The notes: generated by a model from the sequence alone, not told the origin. A stretch of DNA of 64,000 bases from Candidatus Paceibacter sp. (GCA_014237915.1 JABACC010000013.1:64568-128567); one strand, 5' to 3'; counted from the stretch's first letter, positions 7,900 to 18,868 are shown. Numbers and translations are program-made.

Positions 7900-8664
7900 T
7901 TAATTCCCTATTTGATATGTAATGGTTACACTTTTTTTAAGCTCTGATTCTCCTACTGGAATATTTGCTTGAGCAAAAGAAGTAGTATCTAGAGAAAATT
8001 GTTCTGATTGATAAGCTCTGGCTGCATACGGGCTTGTATTTGATCCTTCAGAAAAACTAACAATTTTAGAAAGTTTAATTCCTAATTCATCTTCTAATTT
8101 TTCTTTTTTCACTTTTGCTTTTTCAATTGCTTCAGCTCTTAAGTTTTCCAAAATCTCTTCTTCGTTTGAAACATAAAGATCTGGTCCAGAAACTGAATCA
8201 ACATTCAAATCGGAGACAAGCGATAGAACTTTTTCAACATTTTCTAAATTTAGAATATTAATTTCTATACTTTGGCTAACTTTGTAACCCAAAAAAGTTT
8301 TCCTTTCGATGGGATCTATGTTTCTATAATCATAAGAATATTCTGGATAAACTGCATAATTTTTTGTTTTTATATCTTTTTCTTCAATTTTTAAATCTTC
8401 AAGATTTTTTAAAAGATCTGAAATTCTTTCATTAACAGAATTTGTAGCCTCTTCTAGGTTTGAGTTTGTTCTAATCATTGTAAAATTTATTTTTGCAGCA
8501 TCTGGGATGACTGTTTTTTCAGCTTCTGCAGAAACATAAATTACTCTTGAAAGATCTTGTGTCATTCTTACTTCTTTGTCTAAAGAATTAAAAATTGCAA
8601 CAAGCGCCACAAAAAGTGTAAAAATTACCAATAATTTTATATTTTTTATATTATTTTCTTCCAT
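7900..8664 (-). CDS. SIMPL-domain (DUF541, YggE/BP26-like) periplasmic protein
   Basis: The N-terminal TM/signal, VSAEAEKTVIPDAAKINF core, ~250 aa length and two-lobed pattern are all typical of SIMPL/DUF541. Confidence 0.55.
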   Translation of the reverse strand: MEENNIKNIKLLVIFTLFVALVAIFNSLDKEVRMTQDLSRVIYVSAEAEKTVIPDAAKINFTMIRTNSNLEEATNSVNERISDLLKNLEDLKIEEKDIKTKNYAVYPEYSYDYRNIDPIERKTFLGYKVSQSIEINILNLENVEKVLSLVSDLNVDSVSGPDLYVSNEEEILENLRAEAIEKAKVKKEKLEDELGIKLSKIVSFSEGSNTSPYAARAYQSEQFSLDTTSFAQANIPVGESELKKSVTITYQIGN

Positions 8665-8727
8665 TTTTTTTTATTAAAATTAATAATAATATAATTATAA
8701 CAAAATAAATTTAGTATAATAATAAAA

Positions 8728-9414
8728 ATGAATTTAATAACTTTAGCAACAAAAAAAACTTTAAAAGAAACAGAAAGACAATTTCGTTATCTTCGTTTTT
8801 TCTCTTCTAAAAATTTTTCTAGCGGAGATGTTTTAGAAATAATTGAAGGAAACAAAAAATCTTTAGCTCTTATTTTAAAATCTGAGAATTTAAAAAATTT
8901 TAAACAGGAAATTAAAAAAGGTGAACTTCCGCCAAAAAAATTAAAATTTTCAAAAACTGGAGAAAACAAAGATGGAAAAATTTTAGAAACATTAAATTTT
9001 TCAAAAGTGAAGAAAAAACTTGCAAAAGAAAAATTAAATTCAAAAGATGAAAATAAGTATTTAAAATATTTTTTCCCAACTAAAAAGAAAATAAAAAGAA
9101 AATCTGAAAAAATAGAAATTGATAAAAAAATTATTAAAAATGAAAATTCAACCCTTTCGTTTTCTTATTTAGAAAAAAGAGAAAAAAAATATACTTCAGA
9201 ACTTCAAGAGTTGGTAGACACAATTAGAAATTATTTTAACGAAAAAAAAGTTTCTGGAGTTGGATCTTTTTCTTATTATGCTGGTTTTTTGCATAATTTA
9301 CCAAAAACAGAAGTTTGGCAAATTTTTTCAGAAGCCAAAGAATTGAACTCAAGTACCGAAATTAAAAAAAGATTTTTTTGGAAAAAAATAGGAAATTTAA
9401 AAAGAAAAAAATAA
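8728..9414 (+). CDS. Hypothetical lysine-rich protein
   Basis: ORF only. It is highly basic. Confidence 0.4.
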   Translation: MNLITLATKKTLKETERQFRYLRFFSSKNFSSGDVLEIIEGNKKSLALILKSENLKNFKQEIKKGELPPKKLKFSKTGENKDGKILETLNFSKVKKKLAKEKLNSKDENKYLKYFFPTKKKIKRKSEKIEIDKKIIKNENSTLSFSYLEKREKKYTSELQELVDTIRNYFNEKKVSGVGSFSYYAGFLHNLPKTEVWQIFSEAKELNSSTEIKKRFFWKKIGNLKRKK

Positions 9415-9636
9415 TTTTTATATTTTTAGAGAGTTTTTTGGTAAAAATGTTACAATAAAAATATGAAAAAAATAGAGAAAAAAGATTTAAAAAATCAATC
9501 TAAAAATTCAAAAGAAGATAAAAAAGATGGAATTTTTTGCTGCGCCCACTGCACCACTTCTTTTTTTGGAATTGTTTTGGTTGTTTTTCTAGCTTATGTT
9601 TTTTCTTTATTTATAAAATAATTTTAGTTTAAGTTT

Positions 9637-10125
9637 ATGTTAAAGATTAAAAAATTAGAAGGCAAAAAAGCTCCGCTTTTTTGCCTCCAAAATCAAAACG
9701 ATGAAAAAGTTTGTTTAAATGATTTTTTAAAAGAAGGATTTGTTCTTTTGTATTTTTATCCCAAAGACTTAACAACTGGCTGCACAATTGAAGCTATTGG
9801 TTTTTCAGAACTCTCAAAAAAATTTATAAACAATAATATAAAAATCTTTGGAATTTCAAAAGATCTTCCCAAAACCCACACAAAATTTATAAAAAAAGAA
9901 GGTTTAAAAGTAGATTTACTTTCAGATATTGATGGAAAAATTTCTTCTCGTTATGGGGTTTATGTTGAAAAGTCTATGTACGGAAAAAAATATATGGGAA
10001 TTTCAAGAGAAAGTTTCTTGGTAAATACTTCTGGAAAAATAATCAAACACTGGGAAAATGTTTCTCCAAAAGACCACCCGGAAGAAGTTCTTTCTTTTTT
10101 TAAAGAGTTAAAAGAAAAAAAATAA
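9637..10125 (+). CDS. bcp: Peroxiredoxin Bcp (thiol peroxidase, AhpC/TSA family)
   Basis: It carries LYFYPKDLTTGCTIE, matching the FYPKDxTxGCT peroxidatic-Cys motif. Confidence 0.8.
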   Translation: MLKIKKLEGKKAPLFCLQNQNDEKVCLNDFLKEGFVLLYFYPKDLTTGCTIEAIGFSELSKKFINNNIKIFGISKDLPKTHTKFIKKEGLKVDLLSDIDGKISSRYGVYVEKSMYGKKYMGISRESFLVNTSGKIIKHWENVSPKDHPEEVLSFFKELKEKK

Positions 10126-10126
10126 A

Positions 10127-10855
10127 ATGGATTTTATTAACAATATCAGTGGCGCTAGTTTAGTTTTAATTTCTATAATTATAAGTTTAATTATAACTTT
10201 CTTGTGGATTTTTTTTTGGCTTAGACAAGACAATAAACCAGAACCAAAAAAATTAATTTTTCTAACATTTTTTTTTGGTGGAACTTCTGCTTTAATTTTA
10301 GCCCCAATTCATGTTTTGTTTTTTGGTATTTTTAGCTATATTTCCATTTTGACAATTATTTTTTATGCTGCCTCAGAGGAAATAATAAAATTTTTCTCTA
10401 CAAAAATCTCCTCGCTAAGACACCCAGAAAATAATGAAAGAATTGATCCTTCTATTTACTTAATCACCGGATCTCTAGGTTTTTCTTTTGTAGAAAATAT
10501 TCTATATTTTATTCAGTATTTTAATCGTTTTGAAGATTTAGAGATTTTAACAAATATTGCAAATCGTGCTATTGGCGCCACCTTATTGCATGGAACAACT
10601 TCTGCAATAATTGGTATTTGCTTGGCAACTGTTTTTTTTAGAAAAGAAATTTATAAAAAAGTTGCAAGCTATTTTGGAATTTTTTTAGCAATCTCCTTCC
10701 ATTCTTTTTTTAATTTTTTGGTTTTAAAAAAAGAAGAAATTTATCTTGCCTTTACAATAAACTTTATAGTTTTAGCTTTTATCTTACTTATTTTTACTTT
10801 CATAAGAAGGGACGAGCGAATTAGAGAAAATTATAGAATTAAAGAAAGAATATGA
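10127..10855 (+). CDS. PrsW-family intramembrane protease-like protein
   Basis: Polytopic membrane protein with an EEIIK (EExxK) motif and a C-terminal FHSFFN (HxxxN) motif. Confidence 0.5.
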   Translation: MDFINNISGASLVLISIIISLIITFLWIFFWLRQDNKPEPKKLIFLTFFFGGTSALILAPIHVLFFGIFSYISILTIIFYAASEEIIKFFSTKISSLRHPENNERIDPSIYLITGSLGFSFVENILYFIQYFNRFEDLEILTNIANRAIGATLLHGTTSAIIGICLATVFFRKEIYKKVASYFGIFLAISFHSFFNFLVLKKEEIYLAFTINFIVLAFILLIFTFIRRDERIRENYRIKERI

Positions 10856-10857
10856 TT

Positions 10858-11469
10858 TTATTTTTTTAAAATTTTTAAACGAAAAAAAAATATTTGTCCT
10901 TCTTCTTTTTTAAGATTTTCCCAATAAGTTCTAATTCCTAAAGGTGCGAAAAAAAATCTTTTATGTTTATAAAAATTTTTATTTTTTTTTAAAATTTCTA
11001 AAGTTTCTTTGTAAAGTTTTTTTTGGTCTGTTTGCCAAATTATTTCTGTTTTTTTATTTAAAAAATCATAAATATTTTTTAAAAAGTTTTCATTTAAAAT
11101 TCTTCTTTTGTGATGCTTTTTTTTAAACCAAGGGTCGGGAAAATTTATAAAAATTTTTTCAATTAAAATATTTTTTTCATTACAATGTTTCAAAATATTT
11201 AAAATATTTACTCCTGCATCTCCTCCGAAAACTTGAACATTTTTTCTATCTTTAAATTTTTCTTCTAGAAAAATTTGGTATGGTTTCCTAATTTCGAAAA
11301 AAATAAAATTTTTTTCGTCAGTAAATTTATTTAAAAGTTTTTCTCCAAATTCTCCTCTGTAAGATCCTATGTCAATAATTATATTTTTATCATTTTTAAA
11401 ACCCGAAAAATCTATTCTTACTTTCGAAGATAGTGGGTTAACATGATTTCTGACTCTTTTGGGCAACAT
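10858..11469 (-). CDS. trmB: tRNA (guanine46-N7)-methyltransferase
   Basis: It has DIGSYRGEF as SAM motif I and the TrmB-specific NFPDPWFKKKHHKRR motif. Confidence 0.8.
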   Translation of the reverse strand: MLPKRVRNHVNPLSSKVRIDFSGFKNDKNIIIDIGSYRGEFGEKLLNKFTDEKNFIFFEIRKPYQIFLEEKFKDRKNVQVFGGDAGVNILNILKHCNEKNILIEKIFINFPDPWFKKKHHKRRILNENFLKNIYDFLNKKTEIIWQTDQKKLYKETLEILKKNKNFYKHKRFFFAPLGIRTYWENLKKEEGQIFFFRLKILKK

Positions 11470-11476
11470 TTTATTT

Positions 11477-12421
11477 TTAAGATTTTTTACCTTGAAGTAA
11501 AACTATTATCGGGCTTGCAAAAAATATTGAAGAATAAGTTCCAATAATTGTTCCTAAAATTAAAACAAGAGAAAAAGATTTTGTTAGTTCTCCTCCTACA
11601 AAAAATAATGTTGCCAAAACCAAAAAAGTTGTGATTGAGGTAAACAAAGATCTTCTAAAAGCTTGATTTAGAGAATTCCCAACAATTTTTTCAAAATCTT
11701 CGCCTGAAGGAAAAATTTCTATTTCAATTTCTCTTCCCTCTTCATTTTTCTTTTTTTCCACAGAAACGGCTAATCTTAAATTTTCTCTAATTCTATCAAA
11801 AATAACAATTGTGTCATTTACAGAAAATCCTAAAATGGCTAAAATGGCCGTCACAAATAAAACATCAATTTGATATGCTGGAAAAAATAAACCTAAAATT
11901 GAAAAAAATGCTGTTGGAATTAAAATATCGTGCAAAAGTGCAAGTGTCGCTACTGCTCCGTATTTAAAAGAAGAAACGGGTTTTGAAACATTTCTAAAAA
12001 CATAAGCAATAAATAAAATTATAAAAATAACTACGAAAACAAAAGTAAAGATTGATTTACTTAAAAGCTCTTTTGAAATACTCGGGCTAACTGTCCTAAA
12101 ATTTATCTCTTGATATTTTCCAAAATCAGACAACTTTTCTTTCAAAAAAGAAAAATTTTCCTCCGAAAGCTCCTCTGTTTTCACAAAAAAAATATTTCCA
12201 TCACCACTAGAAACTTTCAAGGAGCTAAAATCTTTTTCTAAAGAACTTGAAATTTGGGAAATTTCTGGAATATTTTTTTCTAAATATTCTATTTCATAAA
12301 TTGATCCTCCTTTAAATTCTACGGAAAAGTTAAATCCAAAAACGGAAATAACCAAAACTGACAAAGCCATTAAAAAAAAGGAGATTCCTATAAATATTTT
12401 TTTATTTTTTAATACAAACAT
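11477..12421 (-). CDS. secF: Protein translocase subunit SecF
   Basis: VEFKGGSIYEIEY is the SecF signature. It is polytopic and adjacent to secD. Confidence 0.8.
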   Translation of the reverse strand: MFVLKNKKIFIGISFFLMALSVLVISVFGFNFSVEFKGGSIYEIEYLEKNIPEISQISSSLEKDFSSLKVSSGDGNIFFVKTEELSEENFSFLKEKLSDFGKYQEINFRTVSPSISKELLSKSIFTFVFVVIFIILFIAYVFRNVSKPVSSFKYGAVATLALLHDILIPTAFFSILGLFFPAYQIDVLFVTAILAILGFSVNDTIVIFDRIRENLRLAVSVEKKKNEEGREIEIEIFPSGEDFEKIVGNSLNQAFRRSLFTSITTFLVLATLFFVGGELTKSFSLVLILGTIIGTYSSIFFASPIIVLLQGKKS

Positions 12422-12422
12422 T

Positions 12423-13739
12423 TTATTTTTCTTTAAAATTAAAAATTATCTTTTTGGCACTTTCTTTTTTTAAGTTTGAAAAAGAAAGTAAGAAAATTCG
12501 AGAAACGGAAATTGCTGTTAACATTGAAACTAAAACACCTAAACCAAAAGTAATAGCGAATCCTTTAATTAGCGGGGTTGTCATATAAAATAAAATTATA
12601 GCAACTAAAATACTTGATAAGTTTCCATCTCTTATTGAAAGCCAGGCTCTTTTAAATCCGTCTTCAACAGCATCTTTAATTTGTTTATTTTTAAGCTCTT
12701 CTTTAATTCTTTCAAAAATCAAAATATTTGCATCAACAGCCATTCCTATAGAAATTATAAATCCCGCAATTGCTGCTGCGGTAAACACAAATCCAAAAAA
12801 TTTAAAAATTGAAAGTAAAAAAATTATGTAAATTAAAAGTGAAACAGAAGCTAAAAAACCAGAAAATCTGTAAAAATAAATTAGAAAAATTGCCACTAAA
12901 AAAAATCCAATAATTCCAGCTTTTATTCCGAGCTCCAAAGTATCTGCCCCCAAGGATGGTGAAATTGTATTTGTTCCCACAGCTTTTATCGAAAGAGGTA
13001 GTGCTCCGAAATTTAGATTTCTTACAAGCTCTCTTGATTCATCAACAGAAAAATCTCCTGTAATTTGGGCGTTTCCATCCAAAATAGCTGTTTGAATAAC
13101 TGGGCTTGAAATAATTTTTCCGTCTAAAAAAATAGCTAAAACTTCACCTATATTTTCTTCGGTTACTTTTCTAAAAGTTTCTGCTCCATTTGAATTAAAA
13201 TTTAAACTAACACTTGTTTGGCCAAATTCTCCAAAGTATAATTCAGCTCCATCAACATCTTTTCCTGAAAGACCGACGTCTTTATAGGTTAAGATTTCTG
13301 AAAAATTTTCAGCAACCTGATCTTCTGTTAAATTATTTAAATTTCTAATTTCTTGAAGTTTAAATTCTAAAAAAGGAAGTTCTCCAATTTTTTTTTTTGC
13401 TTCGTTTGAATCTGTAATTCCAGGAACAGAAACGATAATTCTTCTGAGAAGCTTTCCGTCATAATTAGAAAAAAGGGATGGTTTTTCTATTAAAATTGAA
13501 ACCTCACTCGTTCCATAAGTATTTAGTCTTTTTTGTAAAACCCCACGAAGTGCTTCAAGAGATTCATCTACATCTTCTAGTCTAATTTCAGAGATATCTG
13601 CTTCATAAATAATTTCTGTTCCCCCAGAAAGATCCAGCCCAAAAGCAAAATCTTTTTTCGAATTTTCAGGATTTAAATAAAAAAAAGCAAGCAAAAAAGC
13701 AATAATTACAAAAAAAATAGCTAAGATTTTGTTTTTCAT
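12423..13739 (-). CDS. secD: Protein translocase subunit SecD
   Basis: It has the GLDLSGG motif, a large periplasmic domain and C-terminal TM helices. Confidence 0.8.
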   Translation of the reverse strand: MKNKILAIFFVIIAFLLAFFYLNPENSKKDFAFGLDLSGGTEIIYEADISEIRLEDVDESLEALRGVLQKRLNTYGTSEVSILIEKPSLFSNYDGKLLRRIIVSVPGITDSNEAKKKIGELPFLEFKLQEIRNLNNLTEDQVAENFSEILTYKDVGLSGKDVDGAELYFGEFGQTSVSLNFNSNGAETFRKVTEENIGEVLAIFLDGKIISSPVIQTAILDGNAQITGDFSVDESRELVRNLNFGALPLSIKAVGTNTISPSLGADTLELGIKAGIIGFFLVAIFLIYFYRFSGFLASVSLLIYIIFLLSIFKFFGFVFTAAAIAGFIISIGMAVDANILIFERIKEELKNKQIKDAVEDGFKRAWLSIRDGNLSSILVAIILFYMTTPLIKGFAITFGLGVLVSMLTAISVSRIFLLSFSNLKKESAKKIIFNFKEK

Positions 13740-13792
13740 GTCTTAAAAAGATTATAACATTTTAAAATAAATTTAAAATTTAAATTAGAAAA

Positions 13793-15577
13793 TTAAATAG
13801 ATATTCTGTCTGGTTTTATTTTTTTATAATTTATAATAAAATCAAACAACTCGTAAAAAAAGCTTGTTAAAGATTCTGATGCGTATCTTACATATTGTGG
13901 TTTTGTTGTATAGAGTAAAATTAAATATCTTTCTTCTGCTGGAGCATAAGCTGGGAAAAAACCAAAAAAAGAGTGTAGAAACTCATCTTCTAAATACCCT
14001 CCGTTTACTCTATCTGGGATTTGAGCTGTTCCTGTTTTAGCACCCACCGCGTAATTTTCATTATAATAAATTCCACCCAAAAGAGCGTTGTCTGCAACAT
14101 CAACTAAAATATTTTTTACTTTGTCTGTGGTTTTTTTATTAAAAACAGCTTCTCTCGAAATTTCTTTAACTTCTTTTGGAATAAGTTTTCCATAATTAAT
14201 TTCCTCCACCAAATAAGGTTCTACAGAATATCCATCAGCTGCCAAAGTCCCTAAAGCTTTTATCATTGAAATCGGTGTGGGAGCGATTCCTTGTCCAAAA
14301 GAAGCTGTGGCAAAGTTTATGTCAATATCTCTATCTAAAGTCCTTGTTGTCCCAAAAACCTCTTCTGGTAGATCCACTCCTGTTTCTGAATTAAAACCAA
14401 GAGCCGTTATATAATTACGAAAAATATTTTTTGGAATTTCTCCAGCGATAGTACTAACCCCCGTGTTTAGGGAATTTGCTAAAATTTTATATAAATCAAC
14501 ATTTTCTCCTCTTCCTTTTTTGTCATAATTTGAAACAGTGTATCCATCAATAACCAAATGCCCCACATCATCATACAGAAAATTTTCATCAATAAAACCA
14601 GAATCAAGCCCGATAGCAATTGTTAAAGGTTTTACAATTGATCCAAATTCAAAAACATTTTCAACAAAAACATTTCTAAAATCTTGTCTTTCTGTGTTTA
14701 AATCAAAATTTTTAGAGTCAGACATCGCAACAATTTCTCCAGAATAAGGTTTAATAATTATTCCAGCAGAATATTGTGAAGAATATTTTTCATCAATATC
14801 AACTAAAATTTTTTCTAAAAACTGCTGAATTTCTAAATCTATTGTGGTATAAATTGATCCTTCTCTTGAAATTTTTTTCTCTGACGGAGATATTCCTGAA
14901 TTAAAAATATTTTTCCAAATATTTTCTGTTTTTATTTTTTGATCTCTTTTTAAAATATCCTCATAAAATTTTTCCAATCCATAAGAGCCTTCCAATTTTT
15001 TTGTTTCAGGATTTAATGTCAAAAAACCTAAAACCTTGGACGCTGTTTTTCCAAAAGGATATTCTCTCCAAGTTTGATTATAAAGCCCTACCCCAGAAAG
15101 ATTTAATTTTTTTATTTCTTCTGCTTCACTTTCTGTTATTTTGTCAGCTATTTCTTCATAAGGATCATCTTCATAATCTGCTTTTTTTAGAAAATCTTCT
15201 TTGTTAATTTCCAAAACTGAAGAAAGCTCTGTGTAAGCATATTCTGGATTTAAGATATCTTTAGGTGAAATCGCCAAAATATATCCGTGAGCTAAAATAG
15301 CTGATCTTACTCTTTCGTCGCCTTCTTTAAAAAAAATTGAACCTCTATGAAAAACATTAGAAAGTGAAGAGCCAGAATGTTGAGCATCAATAATTTCTCT
15401 GTATTTTTCTCCACCAATTACTTGCAAGGAATAAAGCTTGTAAACGAAAATTAAAAAAATTAAAATAAAAATTAAAAAAATTAAAAAAAATTTTGAAAAG
15501 AAAAAAGAATCTTTTTTCTTAGATTTTTTAATTTTTATTTCTTCAAGCTTTTGTGCTGTCTTTTTTTTCCTTACCAT
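13793..15577 (-). CDS. ftsI: Peptidoglycan D,D-transpeptidase (class B PBP; FtsI by dcw context)
   Basis: It carries SIVKP (SxxK), VSNYD (SxN) and KTGTA (KTG), with an N-terminal TM helix. It lies downstream of ftsL. Confidence 0.8.
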   Translation of the reverse strand: MVRKKKTAQKLEEIKIKKSKKKDSFFFSKFFLIFLIFILIFLIFVYKLYSLQVIGGEKYREIIDAQHSGSSLSNVFHRGSIFFKEGDERVRSAILAHGYILAISPKDILNPEYAYTELSSVLEINKEDFLKKADYEDDPYEEIADKITESEAEEIKKLNLSGVGLYNQTWREYPFGKTASKVLGFLTLNPETKKLEGSYGLEKFYEDILKRDQKIKTENIWKNIFNSGISPSEKKISREGSIYTTIDLEIQQFLEKILVDIDEKYSSQYSAGIIIKPYSGEIVAMSDSKNFDLNTERQDFRNVFVENVFEFGSIVKPLTIAIGLDSGFIDENFLYDDVGHLVIDGYTVSNYDKKGRGENVDLYKILANSLNTGVSTIAGEIPKNIFRNYITALGFNSETGVDLPEEVFGTTRTLDRDIDINFATASFGQGIAPTPISMIKALGTLAADGYSVEPYLVEEINYGKLIPKEVKEISREAVFNKKTTDKVKNILVDVADNALLGGIYYNENYAVGAKTGTAQIPDRVNGGYLEDEFLHSFFGFFPAYAPAEERYLILLYTTKPQYVRYASESLTSFFYELFDFIINYKKIKPDRISI

Positions 15578-15598
15578 TTTGCATTAAAATATTTTATA

Positions 15599-15931
15599 TT
15601 AAAAATTTTCTCTTTTTTCTAAAAATGCTGTAACTTCTTTTTTTTCTGATGAGAAGTAGGTAAGTTTATCATAATGGTAAGAATTTAAGGAATCTTCTGA
15701 TGTCGCTCTGTTTTTTTCGTTGTGGTATTTTTTTGAAAGTTCACTATTTTTTTGAATAAGTTCTGAAAATTCTTTGTCGTAAGACTCAGAAGAATATCCA
15801 TAAGCAACAGTTCCAAAAATAAAAATCAAATTTGAAATAAATAAAAAACAAACAAAAAAAATCAATGTGTAAAATATTAAAATTTTTCTTTTAGAATACA
15901 TTTTTATTGTTGTTTTTACTCCTTCTGTCAT
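15599..15931 (-). CDS. ftsL: Cell division protein FtsL-like (positional call)
   Basis: Small bitopic membrane protein in the conserved slot between rsmH and ftsI. Confidence 0.45.
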   Translation of the reverse strand: MTEGVKTTIKMYSKRKILIFYTLIFFVCFLFISNLIFIFGTVAYGYSSESYDKEFSELIQKNSELSKKYHNEKNRATSEDSLNSYHYDKLTYFSSEKKEVTAFLEKRENF

Positions 15932-15958
15932 TTTTGTTTATTATTTATTTTTATAATT

Positions 15959-16927
15959 TTAATTTTTTAAAAAAAGTCTTAATTTTGCAGATCGGGCCCT
16001 TTTGTTTTCTTTAACTTCAAAAAAATGTGGAATAATAACTTTTTTATTTAATCTTTTTCCCAAACTCTCATCTTCCCAAGATCTAAATTTTTTTTTAATT
16101 ATTTTATCTTCCAATGAATGAAAAGAAACAACGGCTAAAATTCCAGAAGAGTTTAAAGCAGAAAATATATTTTCCAAAGAATTTTCTAGATTTTCCAATT
16201 CATTATTAACCTCAATTCTTAAAGCCTGAAAAATTTTTGTTGCAGGATTAATCTTTTTATTTTTATAAAAAGGCCCTAAAACTCTTTCTAAAAAAGAAGA
16301 AAAATTAAAAACATTTTCAAAAATATCAGTTTCTTTTTTTCTCTCTTCAGTAATTTTTCTTGCAACTAAATTGCTGTGTTTTTCCTCACCATACTTTTTG
16401 AAAATTTCAGAAAGCTCTTCTTCTTCATAATTTTCTAAAATAAATCTTGCTGTTAAAGGATTTTCTTCATTTTTATCGGAAAGTCTCATGTCTAATTGTG
16501 CATCTTTTTCCAAAAAAGATATTCCTCTTCCAGATTTTTTTAATTGATCTGATGAAAAACCAAGATCTAAAACGGCTCTGTCTATTTTTTCAATATTTAA
16601 GTTTTTTAAAATATCTTTAATTTCTGAATAATTTTTCTGGAAAAAAAATTTATTTCCAGAAAATTTTTCTAATTTTTTTTTTGAAACACTTATTGCACTA
16701 CTATCTAAATCTGTTGCAATTAAAACCCCCGAGTTTTCTATTTTTTCTAAGATATTTTCACTATAACCTCCTCCACCTAAGGTTCCGTCGAAAACGATTA
16801 AACCTTTTTTTAAATCAAGTTTTTCTATAACTTCTTTTAAAAGAACTGGGGTATGAACTGATTTTTCATTTTCTGTTTTCATATCTTCTTTTTTGCTTTC
16901 ATTTATTTTTTTATTCATAAACAACAA
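15959..16927 (-). CDS. rsmH: 16S rRNA (cytosine1402-N4)-methyltransferase
   Basis: It has HTPVLLKEV, DGTLGGGGYS and the LGFSSDQL motifs. Confidence 0.85.
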   Translation of the reverse strand: MLFMNKKINESKKEDMKTENEKSVHTPVLLKEVIEKLDLKKGLIVFDGTLGGGGYSENILEKIENSGVLIATDLDSSAISVSKKKLEKFSGNKFFFQKNYSEIKDILKNLNIEKIDRAVLDLGFSSDQLKKSGRGISFLEKDAQLDMRLSDKNEENPLTARFILENYEEEELSEIFKKYGEEKHSNLVARKITEERKKETDIFENVFNFSSFLERVLGPFYKNKKINPATKIFQALRIEVNNELENLENSLENIFSALNSSGILAVVSFHSLEDKIIKKKFRSWEDESLGKRLNKKVIIPHFFEVKENKRARSAKLRLFLKN

Positions 16928-16953
16928 ATAAAAACAAAATTAAAATATAAATT

Positions 16954-17382
16954 CTAAACAATTCCCTCAAGCGACTCTGCCATTTTTTCTGGATTTTCTG
17001 TATTTTTCTTTAAATATGTATTCCAAGTTTTTTCGTCCCAAATTTCTGCCCTGTCTCCAACTCCAGCCCAAACAACTTTTTTAGAAATTTTGGCAAAATC
17101 TCTTAAATATTCTGGAATTAAAATTCTTCCAATAGAATCTACAGAAACCTCAACAGCTCCTGAAAGCATAAACCTTCCAAAACCTCTTTCACTTCCTTTT
17201 GATAAAGATAAATTTCCCAATTTGCCTGACATTTCTTTCCAAGATTTTCCTGTATAAACCGACAAACATTCATCTAGGCCTCTTGTGATAAAAATCTTTT
17301 TTCCAATTTCACCCTTAAATTTCGCTGGAACAGAAGTTCTTCCTTTTTGATCTATATTGTGTATGTATTCTCCGATAAACAT
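16954..17382 (-). CDS. mraZ: Transcriptional regulator MraZ
   Basis: MFIGEYIHNIDQKGRTSVPAKF and the duplicated DxxxR module match MraZ. Confidence 0.85.
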   Translation of the reverse strand: MFIGEYIHNIDQKGRTSVPAKFKGEIGKKIFITRGLDECLSVYTGKSWKEMSGKLGNLSLSKGSERGFGRFMLSGAVEVSVDSIGRILIPEYLRDFAKISKKVVWAGVGDRAEIWDEKTWNTYLKKNTENPEKMAESLEGIV

Positions 17383-17706
17383 AAAAGTAAAATAAAATCC
17401 TAAAAATTGTTTTCAAAACTTACAAAGCTTCAGGGGCCTTCTTAATAAATTAAAATGGCAATAAAAATTTATAAAAAGACCTTTGAGGCTCCATAAGTAA
17501 GGTTGTTGAATTTATTTAGGAATTTTTCTCTGAAAATTTCTCTAATAAATTTCTTTTTAATTTTTAGGAGCAATCGGTTCAGTGGTAATTTTGAAAAAAT
17601 CACAATCGAACCTAATTTCATTATATACCACTTTCTACCACTTGCAAACATTTTTTTCCACTTTTAAACAAACTTATCCACAACTTGGTTTTTTTGTAGA
17701 AAAAAA

Positions 17707-17753
17707 TTAGCGGGCAAAAAACAGCAACTTCGTTGCTGTTTTTTGCCCGCTAA
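17707..17753. terminator. gap terminator; perfect hairpin ttagcgggcaaaaaacagcaacTTCGttgctgttttttgcccgctaa
   Basis: It has the same architecture as the 2035-2085 and 45439-45485 elements. Confidence 0.6.
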
Positions 17754-17768
17754 TTTTTTTATTTTTTT

Positions 17769-18812
17769 TTAAATCTCTTTAGCTATTTTTTCAGAATGTA
17801 ATAAAAGTGTTTTTGAATATCCAGTTTCATTATCATACCAAAATAAAACTTTCACCAAATTTCCTCCAACAACTTTTGTAAAAGATTTATCTAAAATTGC
17901 AGCATATTCAGATCCCACAATATCAGAAGAAACAAGCGCCTCGTTTGAAACTGAAATAATTTCTCTGTATTTATCATCCAAAGAAGCCTCTTCAAAAATT
18001 TTATTTATTTCTTCTGAAGAAGTTTCTTTTTTAGAAACAAAAGTTAAGTCTGCAATTGAGCCTGCAATAGTTGGAACGCGAATAGAAATTCCATCAAATT
18101 TTCCAGAAAAATTTTCATTTGCCGAAGCTACCGATTTTGCAGCGCCAGTTGAGGTTGGCACAATATTAAAAGCTCCTGCTCTTCCTCTTCTAAAATCTTT
18201 TGAATGTGCTGAATCTACGATTTTTTGACTGGAAGTATAAGAATGAATTGTGTTTAAAAAAGCTTTTTCAACTCCAATTTTTTCATCTAAAATTTTTAAA
18301 GGAAGAGCTGTTGCGTTTGTAGTGCAAGATCCGTTTGAGCTTATATTTAAATTTTTTATTTTTTCATCATTAACTCCCATTAAAACTGTTTGCACAGAAG
18401 AAATATTTTCATTTTCATTTTCTTTAGATGGTGCGGAAATAACAACTTTTTTTGCTCCAGCTTCTAAATGTTTTTTTGCTCCAGCTTCTGTTTTAAAAAA
18501 ACCAGTTGATTCAATAACTACATCAATTTCTAATTCTTTCCAAGGTAGTTTTGCTGGATCAGCTTCTTGAAAAAAATTTATCTTTTTTCCACCATAAATC
18601 AAAAAATTATTATTTTCTTTTTCGTATGAAATTTTTTCTCTTTCACTCTCACTTTTTTTAAAAACGGAATCATATTTTAAAAGATAAGTTAAATTTTCTA
18701 AACTTCCAAGATCATTTATGGCTACAACTTCAATTTCTTCACTTTTTTTTGCTAAATTAAAATAAGCCCTCCCTATTCTTCCAAAACCATTTATTGCTAC
18801 TTTTTTTTTCAT
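17769..18812 (-). CDS. gap: Glyceraldehyde-3-phosphate dehydrogenase
   Basis: KVAINGFGRIGR is the NAD-binding motif and SCTTN contains the active-site Cys. Confidence 0.85.
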   Translation of the reverse strand: MKKKVAINGFGRIGRAYFNLAKKSEEIEVVAINDLGSLENLTYLLKYDSVFKKSESEREKISYEKENNNFLIYGGKKINFFQEADPAKLPWKELEIDVVIESTGFFKTEAGAKKHLEAGAKKVVISAPSKENENENISSVQTVLMGVNDEKIKNLNISSNGSCTTNATALPLKILDEKIGVEKAFLNTIHSYTSSQKIVDSAHSKDFRRGRAGAFNIVPTSTGAAKSVASANENFSGKFDGISIRVPTIAGSIADLTFVSKKETSSEEINKIFEEASLDDKYREIISVSNEALVSSDIVGSEYAAILDKSFTKVVGGNLVKVLFWYDNETGYSKTLLLHSEKIAKEI

Positions 18813-18868
18813 AAAAAAATTATAGCAAAATTAGAGAAAATAAAAAGAAAGGAATTTTTTAATTTATT

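Noticed and set aside
17469-17651. 60-aa ORF in the mraZ-gap intergenic region
   Set aside because: It has no start context and a low-complexity product. The region is better explained as the mraZ promoter/5' region plus the gap terminator.
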